Position numbers and translations under genes: made by a program. From Hemiscyllium ocellatum (Eukaryota): a stretch of 64,000 nt of DNA. The stretch is from NCBI RefSeq assembly GCF_020745735.1, contig NW_026867509.1:1922001-1986000 (forward strand), written 5' to 3'. The notes under the pieces are model-generated. The model worked only from the letters and a program-made list of their open reading frames with translations, did not search any database and had not been told where the DNA came from. Of the stretch, positions 48,700-61,218 are shown in pieces; position 1 is the stretch's first letter; the number at the start of each line of letters is the position of its first letter.

Positions 48700-51600
48700 C
48701 ATCACAGGACGAAGCTTGTCTTATGTCCCCATATGCTTTTAGCTAAAATTCCCCCTTAACAGGAAAAATCATTGTAAACCTTTTCTGCACCCTCTCCACT
48801 GCGGCCTCATTGTTCAGGTAGTGTGTGACCAAAACTTTATCAAGATTTCAAGCGTGGCCTTACTGAGGTTCCATAACGTCGCAACATATGTTTCTATCCT
48901 TATATTCAATGCCATTTCCAATGAAGGCTAGCACGACATAGGCCTTTTTTTTTGCTAAATTATCTACATGAACTGCCACCTTCGGTGATCTGTGGACCTG
49001 CATGCACAGATTCCTGAGCATATAAATACTCCTACAAGTTCTGCCATTCACTTTTAAATTTCCACCTTTACTTGACCTTTCAAAATTCATCGCCTCACAT
49101 CTGTCCAAATAAAACTCAATCCGCCTTTTTGTTGTCGATGCCTCCAAATGATTTATATCCTGACATATTCTCTGAGAGTCCTCTTCACAATCTGCAACTC
49201 CAACTAATCTTCGTAAAGTCCTCAAACTTACTTGTTAGACCAGTCACGTTTTCTTATAAGTAATTTATGTAGACCGCAATCAGCAGACGCCAGAGCATTG
49301 ATCCATGTGCAACCCCACTCGCCACAATTCTCTCTTCCGAAAAACAACCTTCTGCCGCTATCCTCTGTCTCCTATGGCTAAGCCAGTTCTGTATCCATCT
49401 TGCCAGCTCACCTTATTGCAATGTGACGTTACCTTTTGCACCAGCCTGCTTTGAGGGACCTTGAGAAAAGCTTTAAATCAGTCCATGTAGACCACATCAA
49501 CTGCATTTCTCTCATTAGTCATTTTCATTACCTTCTCAAAAATAATCCAGCAAGTTAGTGAGGCCCAACCTCCTCTGCACAAAACGTGCTATTATTCACC
49601 ATTTAGACCAATTGGTACTGAATACGTAAAGATCTTGTCGCTGATAATATTTTCCAATAATTTCCCGACCACTGATGTGAAGCTCGCAGGCGTGTAAATT
49701 CCTACATTATCCCTGCTACTATGTTTAAATAATGGGACAACATTGTCTATTCTGCAGTCCTCTGGGATCATACCTGTATCCAAAGAGCATACAAGGATGT
49801 CTGTCAATGCAGCAGCATGTTGTTCATTTGCCTCCTGAATATTCTGAGGTAAATCCCACCGGGTCCTGAAGACCTAGCTACCTTAATACGTTTTCAATCA
49901 CACAATACCTTTTGCTTTTCAATACCAATCTGCACATCCACACTACCAAGAATCTTTCCATTGAACCAATATTCTGCCTTCCTGTTATTCATCCCAAAGT
50001 GAGTCACCTAACATTTGTCTGCATTGAACTCCATTTTCCACTTTTGAGACCAATTCTGCACTTTATCCAAGCTTCCTTGCAACCTGCAACATTGTTCCAC
50101 ACTACCCACCACTCCACTGACTTTAGTATCATCTGAAAACATACTAACTCATCCACCTATGCCTGCGTTCACGTCTTTTATAAAATGTGCCAAAACAGAT
50201 CCTTGAGGCACACCACTTGTAACTGGACTCCAGGCAGAATATTTTCCATCAACCACCACTCGTTGCCTTCTTACAGAAAGCTAGTTTCTAATCCAAACTG
50301 CTAAATCATCCTCCTTCTCATGTCTCCACATTTTTTCCAATGGCCTATCATGTGGAAACGTATCAACAACTTTATTGAATGTCATGTATAACACATCAAC
50401 TGTCCTACCCTCATCCACATATTTGGTCACCTTCTAAAAAAAACTCAGTGAGATTTGTGCGACACAGCCTGTCCTTAATGATTTCATGTTGACTCTTTCC
50501 AGTCAAATTGTTGCTTGCAGAGTGATTATAAATCCTATCTCTTATAAACCTTTCCAAACCTTTTCGACAACAGAAATAAGGCTCACTGGTCTATGATTAG
50601 CTATGTCATCTCAACTGTCCTTCTTGAACATGTGCACAACATTTGCAATCCTCCACTCGTCTAGCCTGAAACCTGTAGATAATGACGAATCAAAGATGAA
50701 GGCCACAGGCTCAGCCATCTCCCCCTAGCTTCCCAGAGAATTCTCGGAAAAATCCCATCAGGCGCAGGGAAACTATCTAATTTCACACCTTCTGCAATTT
50801 ATAACACCTCCTCCTTACTAACCTCAACCGTTTCAAGACTAATTGCCCGTATCTAAGTCTTCTGCTCTACAATATTCCCGTGTTCTTGAGTGAAGCACCA
50901 CAGTTTAGCATCACTCTCATCTCCACAGAATCCACATATAACTTCCAACTTCCTGCTTTGACAGGCCCTATCCCTTCCACTTATATTTCTCACGTTGAAA
51001 CATATGGATTTCAGACCACCTCCCCTGGTCTTCTCAGCAGCGTTACCTTTCCTGTTCTTTTCCTTAGTCATATTAGTCATGGCTCTACATCTCCCTTACT
51101 TTCTCCATTTGCTGCTCTACTCCTCTAGTACCCATTCCCTTGTCACATGAGTTTAACTCCTGCTCAACTAGTCTAAACAATTAAACCCCCAAAACATCAG
51201 TCCCGGTCCTGCCCGAGTGTTACCAGTTTAGTTTGTGCAGGTCCCAACTCCCCCAGAAACGGTCCCAATGTCGGACAATCTGACAACTTCGTGCTTACAC
51301 TGTCTTTTAAGCCAGGTGTTCATCATATACATCCTGCTTTTCGATTCTGACTCCGTCATTACATTGGTAGTAATCCTGAGGTGCGTACCTTTGAGGGACT
51401 GTATTTCAACTTTTTTCCTAGTTCTATACATTCTGCTTTTGGAATCTCATCTTAGTTTTTTTTCCCCTATGTCGTTCATACCAAGGCGTGCCACGACTAC
51501 TGAGTATTTGCCCTTCACCTTCAAAATGTCCTGCAACTGCTCTGAGACATCGAGCATCCCAGCACCAGACAGCCAGCACACCATTCTGGACTCTTATTTC

Positions 51601-51750
51601 CAGCCACAAAAAACGCCTATCTATTCCCTTACTGAATGTTCTGTAACCCTTACGTTTGTATACCTTTTTCTTCCTCCCTCTGCAAAGATCCAAAAACGAT
51701 GCCATGAATTCAGCTGCCTCAGAATGGCTTCCACGAATCTCTGCTTTACA
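48700..51750 (-). mobile_element. Degraded CR1 element(s): ORF1 esterase-like, endonuclease and RT fragments
   Basis: GIDRRF and MNTWLKRQC (SGNH/esterase ORF1), LKSICFNVRNI (endonuclease start), PEDCRIDNVVPLFK..YTPASFTSVVGKLLE (RT). Confidence 0.8.
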
Positions 51751-52129
51751 TTATACCTCCTTATTTTTAATCCATGGACCTTAGTTTTAGCTCCATTCCC
51801 CGAAACTCAGAAAGTAACAAAGAAGAAAATTCCCAAGAGAATCCCTCAAAAAATGCATTACTAAAAAATTACCATTCGTACAGTAGCATCGATCTGCCAG
51901 CAAGTGGTGACATTATGTCATTTCAAGCAGAAGAAAGCAACCTCCATCTACATTTCCCCCATTGAGTACAGAAATGAGTTTACAGACAGAAACGCGCAAT
52001 GACACACATACATAGAAACACATGCTCATGCAGGCACACACACAGACAGACAGAAACACCAAGATAGAAACACAAAGATTCACACACACAAGCACACGAA
52101 TATAAAATGCAGAGAGATGCGTGCACACA

Positions 52130-52800
52130 CATACTCAAGTATAAATATTAAGCTTAGCAAGCACATAAGTGAGACTAGATCAGATTGGGATATCTGTTCA
52201 GCACAGCTGAAGTGGCTGCTTCAGTACTGAATGACTCTATCAGTTGGCAGTTCCGAAGGCAAATGAAATATCAGCATTCATTTTGAACGCATCAGAATGC
52301 AAGAGTAGGGATGCATGACTGAGGCTGTATAAGGTTCTGGTCAGACAGCATTTTGAAAGTCGTGAGCATTTTTGTACCTGATTTCTAAGTCAGGGTTTGC
52401 TGGTCTTGGAGGTGGTTCAGAGAAATTTTCCAAGAATGATCCCAGGATGAATAGCTTGTCATGTTAGAGGTGGTTGAAGTCTCTGAGTCTGTACTTGATG
52501 GAGTTTGGAAGGATGTGGAAATCTGATTGAAACTTATAGAATACTGAGAAACGGAACAGAGTGACCCGTTAGACCTGAAATGAGAAGGAATCTCTTTCCC
52601 AGGCGGTGGAGAATCTGTAGAACCCATTGCTGCAGAAGTAGTGGAGACCAACTCATTGAATGTATTTAAGACAGAGATAGGTAGATTCTTGGTCAATTAG
52701 GGAATCAAGTCTCGCAGAAGAAGGCAGAAGAATGGATTCGAGAAACATATGAGCCATGATCAAATGGCAGCTCAGATTCGATGGGCCAAATAACCTAATT
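52130..52800 (+). mobile_element. CR1-type LINE 3' fragment
   Basis: RLYKVLVRQHF..., then GGESVEPIAAEVVETNSLNVFKTEIGRFL-type tail. Confidence 0.75.
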
Positions 52801-53349
52801 CTGCCACTCTTACCCGACACCCTTCCGGCTTCCACACTAACCATGATTCCGCCTCTACTTTGAACTTGTCAGATTTCAGTTTCTTATACACACGAGTATA
52901 AAGAATCCATTAATCCCTCTTCATTTGTGTGTGTGTGTATGAGAGAGGCGGAGGGCAGTGATTTCTGACAGATCTCAACAAAGTGATTCACTGTAATGAG
53001 CTATCAATGGCAATCTTCCTGTGGGAATGTTGGACCTAACAGAAATAAATATACATTCTTTTCATTTCAAAAATGTACTCTATTCATTACAAATCTGGCT
53101 GTATGCATTGTCACAAAAGCAGTTCAGTTCTATCCAGTTGCATATCAAGTAACAAAAACTAAAAAAAATGGACGTTTATTCTACCCAGAAAACCAACATT
53201 TGTCTTACTCATCCAATAAAAATATATACAAATACTTAAGGCACGAGCAGGATCCAATAACAGAACAGGCCCCCATTCAGCAGAAAGACCTCAGACAGTG
53301 TTCTTTCCCCATTGCATCTTGGCGGCAGCTGCTCCAAGTTTTAGTGTGT

Positions 53350-55060
53350 CGCTGACCATGGAACTGACCTTGGGATGTACCAGTCTGCAATACTCAATGG
53401 GGGCCAACTCCTGATTCTGGAAGATCAACACATTTCGGGCATATCAAAGAGTATCTTTCACCAACCTGATGGTCCTTCGATGTGCGTCCCTGTGTCACAG
53501 AGCTGCTCGACACGACCCTTGACACAAATAATTGCACTTCCTCCAGAATCTCTTTGCAAAGGCACAATCCAGAAGGAATTGTCTGACAGTCTAATCCCTC
53601 ACAACCCTTCAAAGGCAGTGTTCACTGGTGCAAGGCTGATTGGGTGTGCATGGAGGATCTGACAGTTAGTGCCCGTCTCACCACCAGATCAGCGATATTT
53701 TGGGAATTGTTAGCAAGTTCTGGTGAGGAGGCATTTTGCGAAATTACTGTGAGCATCTTCTCAGGGAACCTCCGGGCAGGATCCACCTTTCTGTCAGTGT
53801 CTTGAGGATGCTATGTGCTTACCACTTCTTGATAGACTGGTGGTCAAAGGTGTATCGCTTTGCAAATTTCTTGATGCATGGCAGATGACACGGGATGGTC
53901 CGTCGACTTGGGGAATTCCGTAGCTATGAGGCCAGGCACATCATTGACAACAGTGGGGGCAGGTAGAACCTCAGTGCATATTGACACTTGGTGTTTACGT
54001 ATCGACGATCGACACACTGCTTGATGCAGCCACACACAAAAATGGCTCCCAGGATGAGGGTAACGTTGGACAAATATTTACTCTCCTTACCCATAGTTTT
54101 GTACATGGGGTCCCTCCAGACCCGATCTATCTTCCGCTTCCAGATGAAGTGGAAAATGCCTTGGGTGACTGAAACAGCGCAGGTTCAGGGAATGGGCCTG
54201 ACCTGCACCGTGTACAACAACAGAGAGAATACCTCAAGTCTGATGACCAGGTTTTTACCCACAATAGCGAGGGCGCAGTATTTCCAAAAGAACAGTTCCT
54301 GCTTCACTTTGGTGCTGCCCTCCACTCAATATTTTGTGCATGCTCTGAATGATATTCTGAGCAACTTCCAATTCTCTTTCCTGACGCTGATGGGAACGAA
54401 CGATCAGTCGGCCCAATTCCCAAAGAACATGGCCTCCACGATTACCTCGATTTACCTTGGCTCCAGAGAACAGTTGAAACGAAACACCATCCGTGTACAG
54501 GGAGACTTTGAACTGTTGGCCTCCGCTGCCTGCAATATTCACCCCTCTCAGACTCGCATTCTTCCTGGGGTACTCAGCAAAGAGCTGCATACAACACCCG
54601 AACAAGTCCGGAGAGTAGGGGCAGCCCTTCCTGACCCTGGATCTGATCAGGAGGCTTTCTGATTCCCACCCATTATCCGAGACTGCACTGACAATGTTGG
54701 TGCAGAGCAGTCAGATCCATTTGCAGATTCCTTCCCAAAATAAATTTTTGAAGAGCACGTCTTGCATGTCGTTGTACGATATCCATCCCGTCATTGGCCT
54801 TCTCCTGGTCCGGGCTGGTGAGGCAGTTATCCACCCTCGTGTCCTCCGTTTAGGCGTTTGCATCCCTGAGGAGACTGGGGCACCCTGAAGTCATTCTACC
54901 TGGTGCGGCAGGGTGGATCTCGCTGACCTCTTTTGCGATGACCTCAGACAGGATCTTGTAGTCTGCATTCAGCAATGATATTGGGCAAAAGTTTCTAATT
55001 TTCTCCCGCTCCCCCTTCTCTGCTAGATGAAGGCGATGGTACCTTTCATCATGGATTCGC
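53350..55060 (-). mobile_element. Tx1/L1-clade non-LTR retrotransposon remnant
   Basis: CPISLLNADYKILSEVIA (RT domain), internal deletion, and a C-terminal Cys/His knuckle-like region near 53600. Confidence 0.75.
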
Positions 55061-55354
55061 ACATGATACCTGCAAGAAACATAGTGTAACAGTTTGAGGA
55101 TTCACACAATTTCAAGTACACATCGATATTTCAGGATGAATGTGGGGACATTTCTCCAAGCGGAATCGCTCGGTGGAAGAAAGCTTTGGTTAAAATGCAG
55201 GAGGAACACATTCCGAAATCATTGGATGGTGCAAACGAATTTGAAGTGCAGAATCTCACCTGTTCACGTTTTCTACCGGGAAGGAGGGCAGACCTGTTTT
55301 CATGAAGCAGTATCCAGTGAACTGAAATGAGTGAATGTCACAATTACGTGTGTA

Positions 55355-55371
55355 GGCCACTAGAGGGCAGT
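55355..55371 (+). promoter_or_regulatory. CTCF-type motif upstream of V
   Basis: GGCCACTAGAGGGCAGT closely matches the vertebrate CTCF core, about 265 bp upstream of the leader start. Confidence 0.72.
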
Positions 55372-55596
55372 CCGAAGCCGTTAATATTGAAAATGAGAGC
55401 TGGAGAAGGAGTGACTTAAAGACAGTGTGAGCAACTGTGAGTATGAGAGGCGTACTACAGAAACAAAACAAACAAGACTCGGCTTCTTCTGCAACTTTAA
55501 CAGAAGGAGGTTCTGAGTTAGACGTAAAGCATGCATTATTCCAGGTATGTACTCGAATAAAAATAACATTTCTCTCTGATTCCTCACCAAAAATAT

Positions 55597-55945
55597 ATGG
55601 ACAATTGCTTTCACCACTGTTCTTGCAATTTGATAATATTCCAAATTTTCAGAATCCTCCTGATGTTTTCCAGTCTGATGGCCAAGGAAGTGACTAGAGA
55701 AGGTGAAGCAAAGCAACTCACCTGGTGGATGGTTGTTTGTGAAATGGGCATTGTGTCCATGAATTGCTCTTTTGCCAGAACTACCAAAATGCATTGGTAT
55801 CGACAGTATTTGGTGATGGCTATAAGAGATGATGATCAGCCGAAGAGGATCACCGCTTCAATCAGTGCAGATTACAAAACAAGTACCCTGACTGTCAAAG
55901 AAACCAGACTAAATGACACTGCCACCTACCTCTGTGCAATGAAGG
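55597..55945 (+). CDS. Single-exon leader-V segment, open frame but with a 7-codon FR2 deletion and the family ATG changed to ATA (probably non-functional)
   Basis: (I)FQIFRILLMFSSLMAKEVTREGEAKQLTWWMVVCEMGIVSMNCSFARTTKMHWYRQ-------YLVMAIRDDDQPKRIT...NDTATYLCAMK. In-frame upstream ATG at 55597. Confidence 0.85.
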
Positions 55946-55984
55946 CACAGTGTCACAAACAGATGGACAGCGTGTACTAAAACC
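55946..55984 (+). other. 23-RSS
   Basis: CACAGTG-23-ACTAAAACC. Confidence 0.93.
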
Positions 55985-56389
55985 TGCATAGTTTGGGAGT
56001 TCTAATATATTGATTTTGTAGTATCTTTGTGACTAATTCTGTGCCGAGATATGGGAGATGCGAGCAAAATACACCAGAAAGTGTGGAACAGCTCAAGTTA
56101 AAGATGGTCAGCAGTGAAGACAATTGGATACACGGATGGGAGTGAAGGAAGTGTGTATTTGCAAATCAGAAAAATGATAGAGAAAAAGGAAAATATAGAG
56201 ATACTTTAATAATACTTGCAGTGGGCAGTATGTTGGGAACATGTTGAAGAAGAACTGGAAGCAAGTGAAAAATAACAAGCATGATGCGCAGAGGTGAAAG
56301 GTCAGCTTGAATCACAATAAAAGGAAACATGAAGAAAATATGATAGATTTTCCTTTAAAATGATGTAATCATCACTGGATGCCCCAGTG

Positions 56390-57060
56390 TCAACATCCTG
56401 GGGGATTTGATGACAAATAACTTAACAGGATTCACCACATAAACACAATGGGTGCAAGAGCAGGTCAGAGGCTCGGATTATTGTGGCGAGTAACGTACTT
56501 CCTGACTGCCCAAAGAGTGCCCACATTTACAAGGCACAAGTTCGGGGTGTGATGGAATACTCTCGACCTGCCTGAATGTGCGCTGCCCCAAGAATACTCA
56601 AGAACCTTGACACTACCCAAGAACAAACAGTCCATTTGATTTGCACAGCATGCACAGCCTTCCACTCCCTCCATTACCGCCACTCAGTGTGCCTAACTGC
56701 AAGTTTCACTGCAGAGGTTTACCAGCGATCGTTCAAAAGTACCTTCCAAACCCACAAACACTTCCAAGGCCAGGAGATATATGGGAACACTACCACTTTC
56801 AAGTTCCCGTCGAAGCTAATCACCATCTTAACACGGAAACATATCAGCGTTCCGTCACTGTCGTTTGGTGAAAATCCTGGAAATCCCTGCCCAATGTCAT
56901 TATTCGGACACAGACAGCACGTGGACTACAGAGTTTAAGGTGGCAACTCGCTCCAAAATCCTTAACACGTACTAGGAACGGGCAATAAATACTGACAAGC
57001 CAGCGACGCCCACATCTCACGAATTGAAAAAAACGTTTTAGCACTCTGAACACAGAATCC
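56390..57060 (+). mobile_element. CR1/L2-group LINE RT 3' fragment (paralogous copy at 59100-59520)
   Basis: QRLGLLWRVTYFLTAQ..YKAQVRGVMEYS..KNLDTTQEQ..HSLHYRHSV. Confidence 0.7.
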
Positions 57061-58018
57061 CGACAGAATGGCAGCAGGGTATTGGAACCATCGGGTCTTA
57101 GAAGAAAAACACACCCAAACTATCCCTGCATCGCCTCTGGCTAATTCTGCTACACGTTTGGACTGTAGGAAGATTCCAGAACACCTGTAGGAAACTGACG
57201 CAGACACCGGGAAAATGTGCAGACTGACATCTGAAGCTGAAATAGAACCTGGGCGTTTGGTGCTGGTCGGCAGCAGTCCGAACAACTGAGGCACAATACC
57301 ATCATCTGTGGAATGTTTCCTGGAAATTCATGATTTGGTATTGCACTAACTCATAAATTTCTCATTTCTTGGTGCTGCAAAATTACAAGAGATCTCCTCA
57401 GAGTACGCATTAGTCACACTCACTGGAACAGGTGATAACCTGATCTTCTTATGGACTCTTTGAATCATCATCAACACTTACCATTTATATTTGTGTCATT
57501 TGTAAAAGTATCAGAATTTGCATCTCACGTTGTCACGTACCTCTGCTATTACACCATTCCCTTTCAGATGTTGGAGACTTTACCAAGTTGTGTTTTCTTT
57601 CCTTCTGAAACATTTGGCAATCCTGTATGGGAGTGGCTAGCAATGCTAACACCTTCCTCTAATTGTCCAGAGCAACGTGGCCATGAGGCATTGACTTGAC
57701 AAACTGCAGTGCAGCTGATAATGATATAGGAGTTACATTTACAATAAGATGAAGTAAAGTTCAATAAATGCGATTATAATATATCTGCCCAGTAAATGCA
57801 GCAAAAGCAGCATTCGATTCTACTGCTTCATTCATCAAAAATTGCCTTGAGGAATAAAGCTTTGATTACAATGCAGGAGGAACATCGTGGGAAATTGAAA
57901 TGCAGATTCTCAGCTGCTCACAGTGTTCTGCTGGGAAGGAGGGCACATCTAGTTTCATTGAGTAGTATCGCGTGAAGTGTAATTTTTGCGAATACGTGGA
58001 TGTCGCAGTTATTTGTTC

Positions 58019-58036
58019 ATGCGACTAGATGGCAGT
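58019..58036 (+). promoter_or_regulatory. CTCF-type motif upstream of V
   Basis: ATGCGACTAGATGGCAGT about 255 bp upstream of ATG 58291, at the position homologous to 55355. Confidence 0.6.
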
Positions 58037-58290
58037 GTGATCCTGGGATAAATATTGATGACGTCGGCTGAAGGAGGAATGACCTTCCAGACCTTTCACT
58101 GTCAGAGGCTTGTTACATGAACAAGCACCAAGACTCAGCTTCTTCTGCAACTCCAACAGCAAGGCTGGTCTGCGCTAGACGTCAAGTGTGCATTGTTCTC
58201 GATATTTACTTGTTAAATGTAATAGTTGTCTCCAGTTCCTCAACAGAACCGCATGAACAATTGCTTTTGCTACTGGTCTTACAATTGATA

Positions 58291-58624
58291 ATGTTCCGAA
58301 TTTGCAGAATCTTCCTGATGTTTTCCACTCTGACTTCCAGGGATGTGACAGGAGAAGGGGATGTAACGCAATTTCCTTCGTGGATGGTTGTTCGTGAAGT
58401 GGGAATTGTGTCCATGAATTGCTCCTTTGCCATTATGCCGAACACAGTGTATTGGTACAGACAGGTCCCGAATCAGCCACCCCAACTTCTGGTGATGGCC
58501 AAAAGGGAAAATGATCAGCCCGAGAGGATCACTGCTTCAATCAGTGGAGGCTACAAACTAAGTACACTGACTGTGAAAGACGCCAGACTTAATGACACTG
58601 CAATCTATCTCTGTGCAATGAAGG
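58291..58624 (+). CDS. TCR V segment with leader and V in a single exon, apparently functional
   Basis: MFRICRIFLMFSTLTSRDVTG-EGDVTQFPSWMVVREVGIVSMNCSFAIMPNTVYWYRQVPNQPPQLLVMAKRENDQPERITASISGGYKLSTLTVKDARLNDTAIYLCAMK. Cys23, Trp41 and Cys104 present. Confidence 0.9.
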
Positions 58625-58663
58625 CACAGTGTTACAAACAGATGGAAAGCGCGTACTAAAACC
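58625..58663 (+). other. 23-RSS
   Basis: CACAGTG-23-ACTAAAACC. Confidence 0.93.
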
Positions 58664-59529
58664 AGCACAGAGTGGGAGTTCCAGTATGGTGATTATGAAG
58701 TTTCAGTGTTGCTAATTCTTGGCACCAACATCTGAGATAATGGAAATATGAGCAAAGTACACCACAATGTATGCATCAGGTAAATTTAAGGATGGTCAGA
58801 AGTGAAGACAGTTGGGGATGCAGATGGAGGTGAAAGAAGTATATGTTTGCAAACCTGAAAGTGTGATGGAGAAAAGGAAAAGTGGAGAGATACTTTAGTA
58901 ATACTTGAAGAGGGTAGAATGATGAGAAACGGTTGAAGCAGATATGGAAGAAAGTGAAAACTAACAAGCATTGTGTTAAAGATCCGGTCAAATCACAGTT
59001 GAAGGAAACATGAACGAAGAATAGTGGCATGTCCTTTAACGCTATGTTAATTTCACCGAATCTCCCACTGTCTACATCGTGCGGATTTTAATGATTAAGA
59101 ACTCAACCGGACACAATGCAAAACTGCAGCAGCAACACGAGCAGGTCAGTGACGTGGATTAATGCGGGGAGTAACATATACTTCCTGTCTCCCGAAATCC
59201 TGTCCATCATCTACAAGGCCCACCTCAGTATTGTGATGGAATACTCCCCAATTGTCTGGATGAGTGCAGCTCCAACAAGTCTTTAGATGCTTGACACCAT
59301 CTAGGACAATGCAGCCCGTTTGATCGGCAGAGCATTGACAGGCATTCACTTGTTAAAAAAACCGATAATTCTGTCCCCCCAGTGGCATTGTAGGTCAACT
59401 CAGAGCAGGTGAACTGTCGCAGTTTAATAAGGCAGCTCACCTCCACCTTCACAAGGACAATTTGGGACAAGTAGTCAATGCTGGCTAGACATCGGTTCCT
59501 ACAGCCCACCAGTAAAGACATTTAAAAAA

Positions 59530-59830
59530 GATCAATATATACACATCTAAATATAGAATCCCTGCAGTGTGGATGCACGACATTCGGCCCATCGAGAGCA
59601 CACCAAGCATCTGAAGAAAATCACATCTAGACCCAACCTCCCCCTGCATCTCCTATATTACCTAAGGTCTAAGTTACCGAAGCTTCCCGCCTTTGGACTG
59701 TGCGAGGAAACCAGAACACCCATAGGAAACCCATGCAGATTTAGGGAGAGCGTGCACCCTCCATCGTGACAGCTACCTGAGGCTGAAATCGAACGTGTGT
59801 CTTTGGTTTTACGAAACAGCAGTGCGGACC
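59530..59830 (-). mobile_element. HE1-like SINE
   Basis: Reverse of GTGGCTCAGTGG..GTTCGATTTC..GGTTTCCTCGCACAGTCCAAAG, plus a CR1-like tail. Confidence 0.75.
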
Positions 59831-60389
59831 ACTGAGCCACCGTGCCATCATCTTGAGAATGGCCGATGAAAATTCACGATTTGCTTTTCCTCCCATTCAT
59901 GAATTGTTCATTTCTTTATTGAACATTTCCTGGAGATCTCACCAGAATATGGTACAGTGACATTCTTTGAAACAGTCTGTCACTTTGTCTTCCAAGAGAA
60001 TCTTTAAGTCATAGTCAGTACCAATTGCCATGCTACTAATTTTTGTGTCACTTGTAAACTTGGTAAACATTAGTCAGGATTTGGAATTTACGTTCGCATG
60101 CACCTCTGTCCTTTCACCATGCCCATTCAAATGAGGAAGAGTTTAACAGAATGTCTTTTTTTCCGTGAGAGATCAGTTAGCCTTGTTTAAGCTGAGACAA
60201 TGTGGCGGTGAGCCGCGTGTTTGATGCACTGCAGTGTATTTGATACTCATGCAGGAGTTATGTTTACGATGGAACAAAGTAAAGTTAATGAAAGGCAGTT
60301 GCAACGTATCACACCAGGAAATGCATCAGAAGCGACATTCGATTGTACTGTCTCAGTTTTTTAAAAAAAATTATTTATTTGTTTCCTCA

Positions 60390-60700
60390 TTATTGTATCA
60401 GAATCCCCCAGACCCACTGGTCCTACGCATCAGCTAATGGGACTATCGAAGACCGAGACCAGCTTTGTTACCTGTGACACCTCAGTTATCATACTCGAAC
60501 AGGATGAATTAATTCCCATTTGGAGAAGTGCTTGCTGAAATAATAATCGACATGGGACAACGTTTGGTTCAATCTCTGTCCATACCATTGTTTGTTAATG
60601 AACAAAGTTACTTTGCTCTTGAAATAACTGCACAGAAGCTGGCATTCCGTCGCCGAGTCACCCTTCATTTATTTGTGACAGTACACTCGCCATAGATAGC
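60390..60700 (-). pseudogene. Possible heavily decayed V remnant
   Basis: After an acceptor-like AAACAG, fragments LSMASVLSQ, GDSAT..LLCSY, QWY and LGDS occur in V-domain order across frames. No YYC and no RSS. Confidence 0.3.
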
Positions 60701-61218
60701 CTGTTTGGATTCTGTCTCTGAAGTGAGGCGACTCAAAATCTGGTACTTATACCTATTGCCCAGGACTCCATCGATTTAACAATCCCAATGAAGGATCTCA
60801 TAGTCAATAAGATCCACCTGATTCTAATCAATCCAGTGTGTGAAATAAAAATAACAAAAAACTGCAGTGGCTGGAAATCCAATACAAAAACAAACACCCG
60901 AGAATCGCGCAGGCCTGGCAGCAACTGTGATGAGAAAACCGAGTGAACCTTCCGGATGCAGTAACCCATAATCTGAACTTTGTTAGTTTATCACATCAGT
61001 CATAATATGAAGTGGGGCTCAAACGAGCTTGAAGCTGATTGGCTCATCTGAAGAACAAAGGAGCCTGGTACTCATTGGCTTTCACACGATGCCTTTGCCA
61101 ACAATGGTCCAACGAGCAGAGGTCCGGAAATTACTCAACCTGAATTACCCAACTCTTGAGGAGAACCATTTTAGCTTCAGCCAGTTGTTTGCATATTCAC
61201 GGTGAACTCTCTGCAAAC

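Larger units (their letters stand above)
55180..60200 (+). repeat. Old tandem duplication of a ~2.6-kb V unit (55180-57700 vs 57855-60200)
   Basis: Colinear similarity across the upstream region, CTCF motif, V, RSS, downstream AG-rich tract, shared LINE insertion and 3' flank. Confidence 0.85.

Noticed and set aside
58117-58290. 58-aa N-terminal extension of the 180-aa ORF
   Set aside because: It covers promoter and 5' UTR sequence whose frame is not conserved in the 55-kb or 9.7-kb paralogues. The conserved signal-like start is at 58291.
58321-58341. Acceptor-like ttttccactctgacttccag within the single-exon leader
   Set aside because: It would need a phase-2 intron where Ig/TCR leaders use phase 1, the AG is not conserved in the 9.7-kb copy, and no conserved upstream donor was seen.
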